Assembly (NCBI GenBank): GCA_003553085.1
Contig: PUPH01000031.1
Location: 3 to 64,002 of the forward strand
Direction of reading: 5' to 3'
DNA: 64,000 nucleotides
Source of the DNA: Thermoplasmata archaeon
GTDB taxonomy: Archaea > Thermoplasmatota > Thermoplasmata > Halarchaeoplasmatales > Halarchaeoplasmataceae
Notes under the pieces: model-generated
Told to the model about the DNA's origin: nothing
What the model saw: only the letters and a program-made list of their open reading frames with translations
Database searches by the model: none
Program-made: the position numbers and the translations under genes
Shown here: one piece after another, positions 29,040-39,200 of the stretch
Layout of the letters: each line of letters opens with the position of its first letter
Numbering within the stretch: the stretch's first letter is position 1

Positions 29040-29071
29040 AAAATAAAGAAAAGGGGTTTTGGGGAAAGAGT

Positions 29072-31618
29072 TCACCAGACTTCTTCATCATCGGATTCCG
29101 AATCCTCTTCGATGGAGACTTCCTCATCATCCAACGGTGGAGTTTCAGCCCAGGATCTCTGGTCTTCAGGTGATTCCTCAGGTATCTCGGGTACCTCTTC
29201 CTCCTTGGCAGGTTTTTCCGACTTCCTTGCCATGGCGATCATGGCCACTATCAATGCGATGATCACTATGATAGCTATCAATAGTACCTCAAAGAGTGGA
29301 GATTCCATCCCGAATATTCCAGTGGTTTCTTCCTCTTCCTCTGTTTCTTGTGTCCTGATGGTTATCGGATAATCTACTTCCCACATCTCTCCATCAGAAT
29401 CCATAGTCTGTATTGAGATGGTTTCTTGGTATGGTTCGCCAAGCTGCATGTGCTGAGAGGATACCATGCTGAACGAAACCGTTACACTCTCACCAGGGGC
29501 AAGTTCTCCGACATACAGAGTCCATATGTGTGGTCGTGGAGCGGAAAGAGCTCCTTCGAAATAGAAGTGCAGGTCAACTAGATCCTCTGCAGAATCTATC
29601 CCCAAACTCTCTAAAGTCACTTCCTCTGAAACATTCTTGGACTCATGTATCAATCCGAAATCCTCTACGTCTGTGCTAGAGGATATAGCTTTGATGAACC
29701 CGTGCAGAACATCCCAGTTCTCATTGTCGTAGAGTTCTGGAATCATGCTTACCCAGGTGTCTCTAGCAGTATCGTCGCCGTGGTTGGATATCGTGTAGTT
29801 CAGTGTGAATATTTCACCGGGCTCGATCAGATTATCTTCTAGTTCTCCTTCCACAACGAGTCTTGGACCCATACCTCTTAGTTCACCTGTAACAGGGATC
29901 TGAAAACCAGAGAGCTCCTCGTTTGTATCAACATTCACAGCTCTTGTTACATTAATGTAGGAAACATAAGCGTGGGCTCCTTCGTTCAACCTTTGTTGTA
30001 CGTAAGCAGAGTTTATGTCCACATTGAAGTAAACATCTACAGAATCCTCCGCTGCCAGATAATCTCCAGAAATGGGGTCCATCTCTACATGATCCAATGA
30101 TGGGTCAACGGGATTGAGGAACGGTGTGTTCTCTCCGACCTCAAGCTCTACGATCAGATCTTTGAAATCAACCAGTTCATGATTAGTTAGTGTCACTTCT
30201 AGTTGAACATAGGTGATATCGCCCAATAGTGCTACCTGTTCCGAAGTCGCAGTCATATGGATAGCCACTGAAGAAACCTGTAAGAATCCATACGGTCCTC
30301 TCCAAGGACTCTCGAGCTCTGTATCCCCTGCACCTGGATTATACATGTGATCATCTTCTTCGACCTCGTATAATATCGCCCGGTTGGGGCTCACTGTCTG
30401 ATCCCAGTCAGCACCGACATGGATATATCTTGTGGCTTCGCCGGTTGAACCGTCATTATAGTACCAACCATCCCATCTGAACATCATCTTATGAAGACCG
30501 TCTTGAAGGTAACGATGTAGTCCGATGGTGATCTCCATGGTCTCGGTATCTCCAACGGATAAGTCTCCAAGTGGGACTGCCACATACCTCACATCTTCAC
30601 CATACTCATAATGATCCACGGTCTGTACGAAGAAGTCGTCATCTGTAATCAGACCGATGTGAACATCGCTTAAGTCTACGTTACCGGTGTTTTCGAAGTC
30701 AACTTCGAATGTCACCTCTGTATCACCTTGTTCGATGGTAACTTGGTCCTCGATATCCGCCTCGATCCTTGGAGTGAACTCGACTACTACATCGACTACA
30801 CCTACCTCTGTGATCTCTACACCGTCCCTGGTGCCAACCAGTTCATAATCTAAGGTATAGATGCCAGGATCTACGTTAGCAGCAACATCTACGCGGAAGT
30901 ATGCGGTCGTGGTCTCTCCATCCGGCAGATCACCTGGGATATATGCGGTCGAATCAAGGATTGAAACACCTGCTGGTGCACCGCTCAATTCGAGATATAT
31001 ATCCTGAACTGCCTCATCACCTATATTTTCTACGTCCACCTCCAACTCCTGGAAGTGTTCTCCAGCCCATAAGGTTGTATCGATATCTAAAACGTTAGTG
31101 TTTTCCCAGATTTCAAAGGTGAGCCATGTTTCCAATGTCCCATCTTGAGTTACGTTCTCATCGTCAACGTATACATAGTGTACCTCTATATCCATAACGT
31201 ATTCTCCGGGTGTAGCATCAGGGTTTGCGTGGAACTCGAAGGGGCCGAATGAATAAAATTGGTCTCCATCAGGTTCGCTCATGTCAGTTCCATTCTCACC
31301 GGGGATGTGTATGTTGTTTACCCATGTGATCTCTCCAAGGTTGTTACCTGGATCGACTTCCACCCAAACATCGGTAACATTGCTTTCAGTTCCATCTCCA
31401 TACAAGAGAGATTCCACTTGCAATTCAAAGGCTATATTTTGTTCGCCTACGTAGCAGTCCAGATCGCCCACGATATTCACGATTTCAACAAAATCGTCTT
31501 CCGGGTCTGGGGCGAGTTCACCGGCTTCAACAGGTGTATAAAATACACCAATTATTGATAGCAGCAGTGCTGTTGCCACAAATATACTTATTAGTCTATT
31601 CATTTTTTTGCATTTCAT
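29072..31618 (-). CDS. S-layer-like surface protein (COG1361/CARDB-type Ig repeats, C-terminal TM anchor)
   Basis: Signal peptide; repeated ENxG..A/L..V..G.L..GE Ig-like units; very acidic; C-terminal TM helix with acidic tail; strong GGAGGA RBS; U-tract terminator at ~29037-29070. Confidence 0.75.
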   Translation of the reverse strand: MKCKKMNRLISIFVATALLLSIIGVFYTPVEAGELAPDPEDDFVEIVNIVGDLDCYVGEQNIAFELQVESLLYGDGTESNVTDVWVEVDPGNNLGEITWVNNIHIPGENGTDMSEPDGDQFYSFGPFEFHANPDATPGEYVMDIEVHYVYVDDENVTQDGTLETWLTFEIWENTNVLDIDTTLWAGEHFQELEVDVENIGDEAVQDIYLELSGAPAGVSILDSTAYIPGDLPDGETTTAYFRVDVAANVDPGIYTLDYELVGTRDGVEITEVGVVDVVVEFTPRIEADIEDQVTIEQGDTEVTFEVDFENTGNVDLSDVHIGLITDDDFFVQTVDHYEYGEDVRYVAVPLGDLSVGDTETMEITIGLHRYLQDGLHKMMFRWDGWYYNDGSTGEATRYIHVGADWDQTVSPNRAILYEVEEDDHMYNPGAGDTELESPWRGPYGFLQVSSVAIHMTATSEQVALLGDITYVQLEVTLTNHELVDFKDLIVELEVGENTPFLNPVDPSLDHVEMDPISGDYLAAEDSVDVYFNVDINSAYVQQRLNEGAHAYVSYINVTRAVNVDTNEELSGFQIPVTGELRGMGPRLVVEGELEDNLIEPGEIFTLNYTISNHGDDTARDTWVSMIPELYDNENWDVLHGFIKAISSSTDVEDFGLIHESKNVSEEVTLESLGIDSAEDLVDLHFYFEGALSAPRPHIWTLYVGELAPGESVTVSFSMVSSQHMQLGEPYQETISIQTMDSDGEMWEVDYPITIRTQETEEEEETTGIFGMESPLFEVLLIAIIVIIALIVAMIAMARKSEKPAKEEEVPEIPEESPEDQRSWAETPPLDDEEVSIEEDSESDDEEVW

Positions 31619-31741
31619 CTTTTATTCCTCCTTATAGGAATATTTTAAGTTATAGGGTTATGCATCATATATTATATTTTTGGTATGTTAATGAAATGAA
31701 CCGAAAGTGGTTTAACGTTCACTTCGATTTAGTCTACCAAT

Positions 31742-32161
31742 ATGTCAGTCGAAGAGATAGTATTCAGAGTAAAGACCTCGAAAGAGCTGGATATCAAAGA
31801 CATCACACCACATGTGAAAGAAGCGGTGAGCAAAACCGGAATAAAGGAGGGTATAGTTCTAGTCTTCGTTCCAGGGTCAACCGGTGCCATAACGACCATC
31901 GAGTACGAACCCGGACTATTGGAAGATTTCCCAAGAGCATTGGAGAAACTCTTTCCAAAGGACATAAGATACGAACACCACGAGAGATGGCACGATGGAA
32001 ATGGTCATTCACATGTTCGTGCTTCATTCATAGGACCTAGTCTTATGATACCGCTATCTGGCGGATCCCTCACATTGGGTACATGGCAGCAGATAATCCT
32101 ATGCGATATGGATGTCCCCGCTAGAGAGCGAGAGATAATCGTTAAAATCGTGGGTGAATAG
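31742..32161 (+). CDS. YjbQ/UPF0047 family protein
   Basis: DIT...GSTGAIT..E, NGHSH and LGTWQQI motifs. Confidence 0.9.
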   Translation: MSVEEIVFRVKTSKELDIKDITPHVKEAVSKTGIKEGIVLVFVPGSTGAITTIEYEPGLLEDFPRALEKLFPKDIRYEHHERWHDGNGHSHVRASFIGPSLMIPLSGGSLTLGTWQQIILCDMDVPAREREIIVKIVGE

Positions 32162-32162
32162 C

Positions 32163-33119
32163 TCACTGTCTTTTCGCTTCCAGTGCGAAATGAGCAAGTA
32201 GAGACTCCAGCTGTATACGTTCGTTGGAACCCTGAACCATACGATACTCCGCCTCGCCGATCTTCTCCACCAACTTCATCCTCTTCCAATTGTCCATCGG
32301 AACGTTATAGATGCTTTTATGGATCTGTTTGATGATGTCTCCTCCCGATAGACCGTTCTCGATCAAAAGGTTATCCAATTTGTTACGTACGACCATGAAC
32401 TCTTCTTTCATAGCGGATACTATCAATTCCTCGACATCCTTCGGTCTCGCTATATTTGCACTGCGTCTGACGATCTCAGCGGTGATCCGGGTGGTTGTAG
32501 ATGCGGATATCTGGAGTAGATTGGTAGCTCTCCTCAGATCGCCTTCGGACAATCTGACTAACATCTGCATAGCATCCTCGGATATCTCCAGATCTTCTTC
32601 ATCTGCGATGTGCTCTATCCACTTTCTGACGTCTTCATCGTTTATGTGTCTGAACCTGAAAACAGCACACCTAGATTGTATCGGGTCTATGATCTTAGAG
32701 GAATAGTTACAAGATAGGATAAAACGGCAGTTATTGGAGTACTTCTCCATGGTCCTCCGAAGGGCGGCTTGTGCTTCTGATGTGAGAGAATCTGCCTCAT
32801 CCATGAAGATTATCTTGAACCCGCGTTGACTGATGGCGGTTGTACGGGCATATTCCTTTATCTTATTTCTGATCACATCTATGCCTCGTTCATCGCTGGC
32901 GTTGAGTTCAAAGAAAGCGGCGCTCCATTGATCCCCGTACATCTCCTTGGACAGGGCTATCGCTGATGTGGTCTTCCCAGTTCCAGCGGGACCTGCAAAG
33001 AGTAGATGGGGAAGGGTTCCTTTTTCAACGTATGCCTGTAAACGTTCGATAACCCTCTGTTGACCGTAAACATCACTCAGCCTGTCAGGCCTGTACTTCT
33101 CCGTCCAAATCTTTTCCAT
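32163..33119 (-). CDS. rfcS: Replication factor C small subunit
   Basis: WTEKYRP, GPAGTGKT, ELNASDERG, DEAD and IQSRC motifs. Confidence 0.96.
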   Translation of the reverse strand: MEKIWTEKYRPDRLSDVYGQQRVIERLQAYVEKGTLPHLLFAGPAGTGKTTSAIALSKEMYGDQWSAAFFELNASDERGIDVIRNKIKEYARTTAISQRGFKIIFMDEADSLTSEAQAALRRTMEKYSNNCRFILSCNYSSKIIDPIQSRCAVFRFRHINDEDVRKWIEHIADEEDLEISEDAMQMLVRLSEGDLRRATNLLQISASTTTRITAEIVRRSANIARPKDVEELIVSAMKEEFMVVRNKLDNLLIENGLSGGDIIKQIHKSIYNVPMDNWKRMKLVEKIGEAEYRMVQGSNERIQLESLLAHFALEAKRQ

Positions 33120-33218
33120 CTAAGAACCGCACGTTGGAAGCCGTAATATATTTTTCGTCCGAAAATGGGTGGTTCGGAACTAAAAACTAAAATAACATGA
33201 GTTAAATGTTGGTACCGT

Positions 33219-33413
33219 ATGGTAAAAGAAGATGCTGATGAACTGGTTGAAAAATACACTCGCGAGGATCTTAACAGACTTGCTCTTAACTTAGGTGTTA
33301 CTGGACCGGAGAAACTACCCAACAAAAAAACAGTAGCACTGGAGATAGTAAAGGCTCGTAAAACAAGAGAATACATTAGAAAACCCGTAGGATTATACCT
33401 CGGTGAAGATTGA
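33219..33413 (+). CDS. Small hypothetical protein, helix-extension-helix (Rho-N-like) pattern
   Basis: TREDLNRLALNLGVTG..KLPNKKTVALEI resembles Rho-N/HeH modules. Fills an intergenic gap on the same strand as the next gene. Confidence 0.55.
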   Translation: MVKEDADELVEKYTREDLNRLALNLGVTGPEKLPNKKTVALEIVKARKTREYIRKPVGLYLGED

Positions 33414-33430
33414 TGATCAGGTTATGAACC

Positions 33431-34987
33431 ATGTTCCCCGGTTTATTCAGAAAAGGACCAAAACGAGCTAGCAAAGTCGAAGAACAGAAGCTAATAGAGA
33501 TGGGGCAGAAGTTGAAGAAGGACCCATCCGTAGTCATACCTCGGTGTGAAGATAACTGCTTACTATGTAAGTTCGGTAAAGAAAAGAGATGGATGAAAAA
33601 ACTCGAAGCATCCAAGGAAGATAAAAATAAGCTCGAAAAATACTCGAAAAAAGGTCCCGACCTCACCAAAGCAGTAGCGGCTACGATGCTGCTGGCCCAC
33701 GAAAAAAAAGCTAAAGTATTGGCCACGGCATCCATACCAGGAGGTAAGATATCTTATGCGAAAAAAGGAAATGCCGGTGCAAAATACCTGGTAGGGGTCC
33801 AATACTTCGACGATCCATTCCTCAGACTCATGGCATATCATGAATACTCACAGAAAGGATACTACATATATTCTTGGAAAGATAATATAGTCTGTACCGG
33901 GAAGGATGATAAACCCCCCAAAGGATACATCAAAGACAGGCTCGGTTCCACACCATACGATCTCAGAAGTAAGGGGAAAAAATTCTCATGCCCACATGAT
34001 CATGAAGAAAATTCATCATTCACATTAAGATGGATAACACCAGAGTGTTCTATCAAGATATGTGAGAGATGTGCTTCTAAAGGGTCAAACATGTTCATAC
34101 ATCTCAGTGAAGGGATAGCATCTCCGGAGAACAAAAACATGTTCGACCTTTCAGGTGAATACCGGATGAGATGTGAATCAGATTGTGATACCTGTATCGC
34201 CGCCGGTGACACTTCTTTGAAGAAGGAAGTCAAAGAAGAGTTCTTTAAAGGATCTATCTCAGATAGAGATCTGATAGAGAAGATCATCGAAGATAAACGT
34301 AAGATCCTGAAAAATAGAAAACACATCTTCGCCGTGGGAGAAAGGTGCTTTGGTAAAGACGCCGATGCATTCCTAGAGTCTTTGAGATATGAGAGTTGGG
34401 AACAAGATGTTCTTAAAAAGACCATAGAATTGACAGGACCGGTGATGCTTGAACAGGGTACTGTGAACGAGCTCTTGGAACTCGGATGGAAGGAAGATCC
34501 CTATGAAATCTTAAAAGTTCTTCTCGATGATGAAGATCGTATCGGAGAGTTGGTGGAAGATAGTGATAAAAAGATACCCAGAGATATCGTAAGAGAAGCA
34601 AATAAAAGGAAGACTGAACTCGATGAATTATCCGCTTTACCCAACTTTTCCAAGCTACCGCCCCGGGCGAAATTGGCACACGAGCTGTCTCTGGCCTACA
34701 AGACCGGTGGTGCAGAACAGGCCATCAACTACCTAAAAGGTGTCAATCCCAGGGAAACACGGATGAAATCCATAGCATACAGTTTCCTCGTGGCCATCGG
34801 AAGAGCGGAATCACACAGGTGGAAGTATGCTGACAACGAAGTGGAAACAGGAGAATTCTTATCTACTTACTTCAAAAAACTGATAGATAGTTCGGGCGAA
34901 GAGTACGCAAAAACACTACAGGAGTTGTTGAAGATGAGCGGTTCGACTGAAACCATCGTGTTAGAGGATGGGTCTAAACTCCGTTGA
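33431..34987 (+). CDS. Hypothetical Cys-cluster protein
   Basis: 518-aa ORF with CEDNCLLC, CPH, CERC and CESDCDTC. No family recognised. Confidence 0.75.
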   Translation: MFPGLFRKGPKRASKVEEQKLIEMGQKLKKDPSVVIPRCEDNCLLCKFGKEKRWMKKLEASKEDKNKLEKYSKKGPDLTKAVAATMLLAHEKKAKVLATASIPGGKISYAKKGNAGAKYLVGVQYFDDPFLRLMAYHEYSQKGYYIYSWKDNIVCTGKDDKPPKGYIKDRLGSTPYDLRSKGKKFSCPHDHEENSSFTLRWITPECSIKICERCASKGSNMFIHLSEGIASPENKNMFDLSGEYRMRCESDCDTCIAAGDTSLKKEVKEEFFKGSISDRDLIEKIIEDKRKILKNRKHIFAVGERCFGKDADAFLESLRYESWEQDVLKKTIELTGPVMLEQGTVNELLELGWKEDPYEILKVLLDDEDRIGELVEDSDKKIPRDIVREANKRKTELDELSALPNFSKLPPRAKLAHELSLAYKTGGAEQAINYLKGVNPRETRMKSIAYSFLVAIGRAESHRWKYADNEVETGEFLSTYFKKLIDSSGEEYAKTLQELLKMSGSTETIVLEDGSKLR

Positions 34988-35040
34988 GCATCATAAATGA
35001 TAAATACACTGCATTGTATTTCTCTTAAGAAGTGAATTAT

Positions 35041-36198
35041 ATGTTGGACCTAAATACAGTCAGGGAAAAACTGGATTACTATGATTTTAGTAAGACAAAG
35101 ATAGGGGTAGTTGCATCACATTCAGCACTCGATGTGTGCGATGGTGCGGTGGACGAGGGTTTTCCTACTCTAGCCATCTGCCAGAAGGGTAGGGAAAAAA
35201 CATATGACCGATATTTCAAAACCATATTCGATGATAAGGGAGATCGTCTTAGAGGTGTGGTGGATGAGACATGGGTGCTGGATAAGTTCGCCGATGTTTT
35301 GAAGGATGAATATCAGAAGAAGTTGATCGAAGAGAACGTGATCTTCGTACCTAACCGTTCTTTTACCTCTTACGCACCGCTAGACAAGATCGAGGATGAG
35401 TTCGTAGTTCCCATGGTGGGCAGCAGGAATCTACTGAGGAGCGAAGAGAGGGAAGAGGAAAAGGATTACTATTGGATATTGGAAAAAGGAGGTTTACCTT
35501 TCCCTGAGAAGATCGACGACCCTGAGGATATCGATAGACTGTGCATAGTGAAGTTAAAACACAAGGTAAAAAGACTCGAAAGAGGGTTCTTCACAGCAGC
35601 GTCATACGAAGAATACCAGGAAAAAGTTGATAATCTTATCAGGAACGACGTGATCACTAAAGAAGATCTCGGCAATGCAAGGATTGAAGAATATATCATC
35701 GGACCGGTATTCAACTTCGACTTCTTCTACAGTCCCTTGAATGCCAAAGGTTCGGAGATAGAATTACTCGGTATAGACTGGAGGTTCGAAACAAGTCTTG
35801 ATGGGCATGTAAGATTACCTGCCCCACAACAGATGACACTGAACGAAGAACAACGGGTTCCGGAGTACACCGTCACCGGACACAACAGCGCTACGCTGAG
35901 GGAATCACAGCTGGAGAAGGTCTTCGAGCTGGCTGAACTATATGTAAAAGCCACCAAAAAGCACTACGACCCCGGAGTCATAGGTCCGTTCTGTCTTCAA
36001 ACCTGTGTTGATAAAGACCTTAATTTCTACATATACGATGTGGCTCCAAGGACCGGTGGAGGTACCAATGTTCATATGAACGTTGGCCATCCATATGGAA
36101 ACACACTATGGGGTAAACGTATGTCCACAGGTAGAAGACTCGCCCTGGAGATAAGAAGGGGGATAGAGATGGACAGACTAAAGGAGATAATCACGTGA
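35041..36198 (+). CDS. purP: Formate--AICAR ligase PurP family (ATP-grasp)
   Basis: ASHSAL, PNRSF, ERGFF, IEEYIIG, GIDWRFE, GPFCLQ, DVAPR.GGGTN and MSTGRR motifs. Confidence 0.92.
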   Translation: MLDLNTVREKLDYYDFSKTKIGVVASHSALDVCDGAVDEGFPTLAICQKGREKTYDRYFKTIFDDKGDRLRGVVDETWVLDKFADVLKDEYQKKLIEENVIFVPNRSFTSYAPLDKIEDEFVVPMVGSRNLLRSEEREEEKDYYWILEKGGLPFPEKIDDPEDIDRLCIVKLKHKVKRLERGFFTAASYEEYQEKVDNLIRNDVITKEDLGNARIEEYIIGPVFNFDFFYSPLNAKGSEIELLGIDWRFETSLDGHVRLPAPQQMTLNEEQRVPEYTVTGHNSATLRESQLEKVFELAELYVKATKKHYDPGVIGPFCLQTCVDKDLNFYIYDVAPRTGGGTNVHMNVGHPYGNTLWGKRMSTGRRLALEIRRGIEMDRLKEIIT

Positions 36199-36235
36199 AG
36201 ATGAAATCGTATATGAATTACTGGAGGATCTGAAT

Positions 36236-39200
36236 ATGGGTTTCTTAGACTCTATAGATAATTTACTGGATAAGGAAAAAAGAGTGTTGAATAAAGCACA
36301 AAAATACCTTGATAAATCTGAAGAACAACGCCAGGAAGGCGATATCTCAAAGGCGAAGGAACTGTGTGATAGAACATGGGATCTTCTCAAAAAGCACGAA
36401 GAAAACTTCTCAGAACAGCAGGAAGAGGTGTCTAAAGCTTTCGATCGATTAGGATGGCTGTACTACCATCTGGGCTACGAAGATCATGCACTTCACTCAG
36501 AAGACCAAGCCATCAGATATGATAATAACAACATCGAAGCTTTGAACCACAAAGCGTTGATCTTGACTCAGAAGGGGAGTCCTAGTAAAGGGTTGAAGTT
36601 GTTATCCCGAGCGCTTGAGATAGATCGCAAAAATAAGTATTCGTTGATAAATCGTGGAGACATCCTCACAAAGATGGGGAGGAAAGAAGAAGCGGTCAGG
36701 ACTTATGAAAAAGCTCTAGAAGTGGATGAAGACGATATATCCGTTTACGATAAGATACTCGAAATTGAACCAAGGAACGGTGAGATCTGGGCAAAAAGAG
36801 GGCTCGCCCTGAAAAGAGGAGGTAATTACGAGAAGGCCATTGAATCCTTCAACAAATCCCTCGAAATCAACCCAAATCAAGAAAAGATATGGCTGTATAA
36901 AGGTCTCACCTTAAGAGATATGGAAAAATTGAACGATGCAGTGGTTTGCTTCGATAACGGGCTGGAGATAAACCCGGATAATAAAGACCTTTGGAGCGCT
37001 AAAGGGACCACTCTACACCTATTGAAAAGGGACGAAGACGCATTGGAGGCTTTCAGCAGAGCTCTAGAGATAGATTCTGAAGACAAGGACCTCTGGAATC
37101 GAAAGGGGACCATATTGTATGAGATGGAACGTCACATAGAGGCAGTAGAAGCCTTCGACAAAGGTATCGCTATAGACCCCAGCGACGTGAGACTACTCAA
37201 CAACAAAAAGGAAGCTTTGAAGCCACTCGGTAGATACGAAGAGCTGATCAGAGTTTGTGATAGGATCCTTGAAAAGAATCCCTCCGATGCTGGAAGTCTG
37301 TATGATAAAGGTGTAGCTCTCCACAAGTTGGGAAAACCGGAAGAAGCTATAGCACAGCTGGAAGAAGCCCTGTCATATAATCCCAAAGACATCTACGCCC
37401 TGGAGAGGGAGAAGAAGATATACAAAGAACAGCAGGACTGGGAAAACGTTGTCCGTACTGCTGACCGTATCCTAGAATTTGAGCCCAACAACTGGGAGGC
37501 TTGCTATGATAAGGGTACATCATTGCTAAAGTTGAACAATCCACAAGGGGCGTTAGAAAGCTTTGAAGAAACCCTCAGGATAAAGGATAACGACCTAGAT
37601 GCTCTTGTGGGTAAGAAGGAAGCATTGAAATCACTGGGAAATTACGAAGAAGTGGTCTTCGTGTGTGATAGGATAATATCCATGGATCCTGACAACATAG
37701 AGGCTTACTTCGATAGGGCAAAATCACACGAAAAGCTGAGAGAATACGATAGAGCCATCCGAGATTATCGTAAGGGCCTTTCTTACGATCCTTCCAACGA
37801 TGAAGCATGGAACGACAAGGGTCTCTGCGAATATCGTTTGAAACGATATGAGGAGGCGCTAGAGAGTTTCGATAAAGCGATAGGTATCAATTCAGATGAT
37901 AAAAAATACTGGAACAATAAAGCTCACTGTTTGGTCAAATTGGAAAGGTACGAAGAGGCGATCAAATCCTACGATAAAGCTCTAGAGATCGACGTCAGCG
38001 ACGATAGGATATGGTACAGCAAAGGATTGGCCCTTGAGGGACTGAATCGATATGAAGAAGCCATCATATCATACGACAAGGCTTTGGAGATCGATGATGA
38101 AAACGCAAGAGTACTCTACAGTAAGGCGATAGCGTTGGAATGGTTGGACAGATACGAGGAGGCGGTGGAAGCCTTCGATAAATCATTGAAGATCAAACCT
38201 AACAACCGCTTCGCATACATCCGTAAAGGACTAGCCCTGGCCAACCTCGGCCGTCATGAAGATGCCGTTCAAGCCTACGATAGAGCTCTGGATATGCAAA
38301 GTCAGGACATCAAGTTATTGGAGAAAAAGAAAGACTCTTTGATAACCCTAACACGATGGAGCGATATCATAGAAACGTGCGATAGGATACTGGATATAGA
38401 TTCCAATAATCTACAAGCATGGAGGGATAAAGGCGAGGCTTTAAAAAAGCTAGGAGAGCCTCAAAGTGCTTTAGATTGTTTCGAAAGGGCATTGTCCATA
38501 CAAGAATCGGTTGTAGATCTGGTTAAGGCAAAGGATCTTCTAAAAGAGCTGAACATGCCCGAAGAAGTGGTTGAACACTGTGAACGTATAATCGAAGATG
38601 ATCCGGAAAATATCGAGGCATGGCAAGATAAGGCCATGGCCTTGAAGTTGCTCAAGAGAAGAGAGGAGGCACTAGAGGCTTTCGATGAGGCGCTAGACCT
38701 GGATCCCGATAACAAGAAGATGTGGCTGCACAGGGGCATGGTGTTCGAACACCTGGAACAATATGAAAACGCCATAAGATCTTACAATGAAGCCCAAGAA
38801 TTAGATCCTACCGATGTGATACCCATCGCACGTAAGGCAGAGTGTCTACGTAAGATGGAAAGATATTCAGAGGCCTCAGAATGGTTCGATAAAGCCATGG
38901 ATCTTGAACCCGAAAATACCCTATACATCAACCGGAAAGGAAGATGTTTGATAGAGATCGGAGAACTGGAGGAGGCTGATGAACTGTTCGAGAGATCATT
39001 GAACATAGACGACCAGAATGGCACCACCTGGAAATACAAAGGAATCCTCGCTGAAAAGTTGGAAAAATACGAGGAAGCGATCAGTGCCTTGGATACCGCT
39101 GTTAAACTAGGGATCGACGATAGTGAGGTATGGATAACCAAGGCTGAATGTTACGATTACCTCGGAAGGAAAAGGGATGCCATCGATACTTATGATAAGG

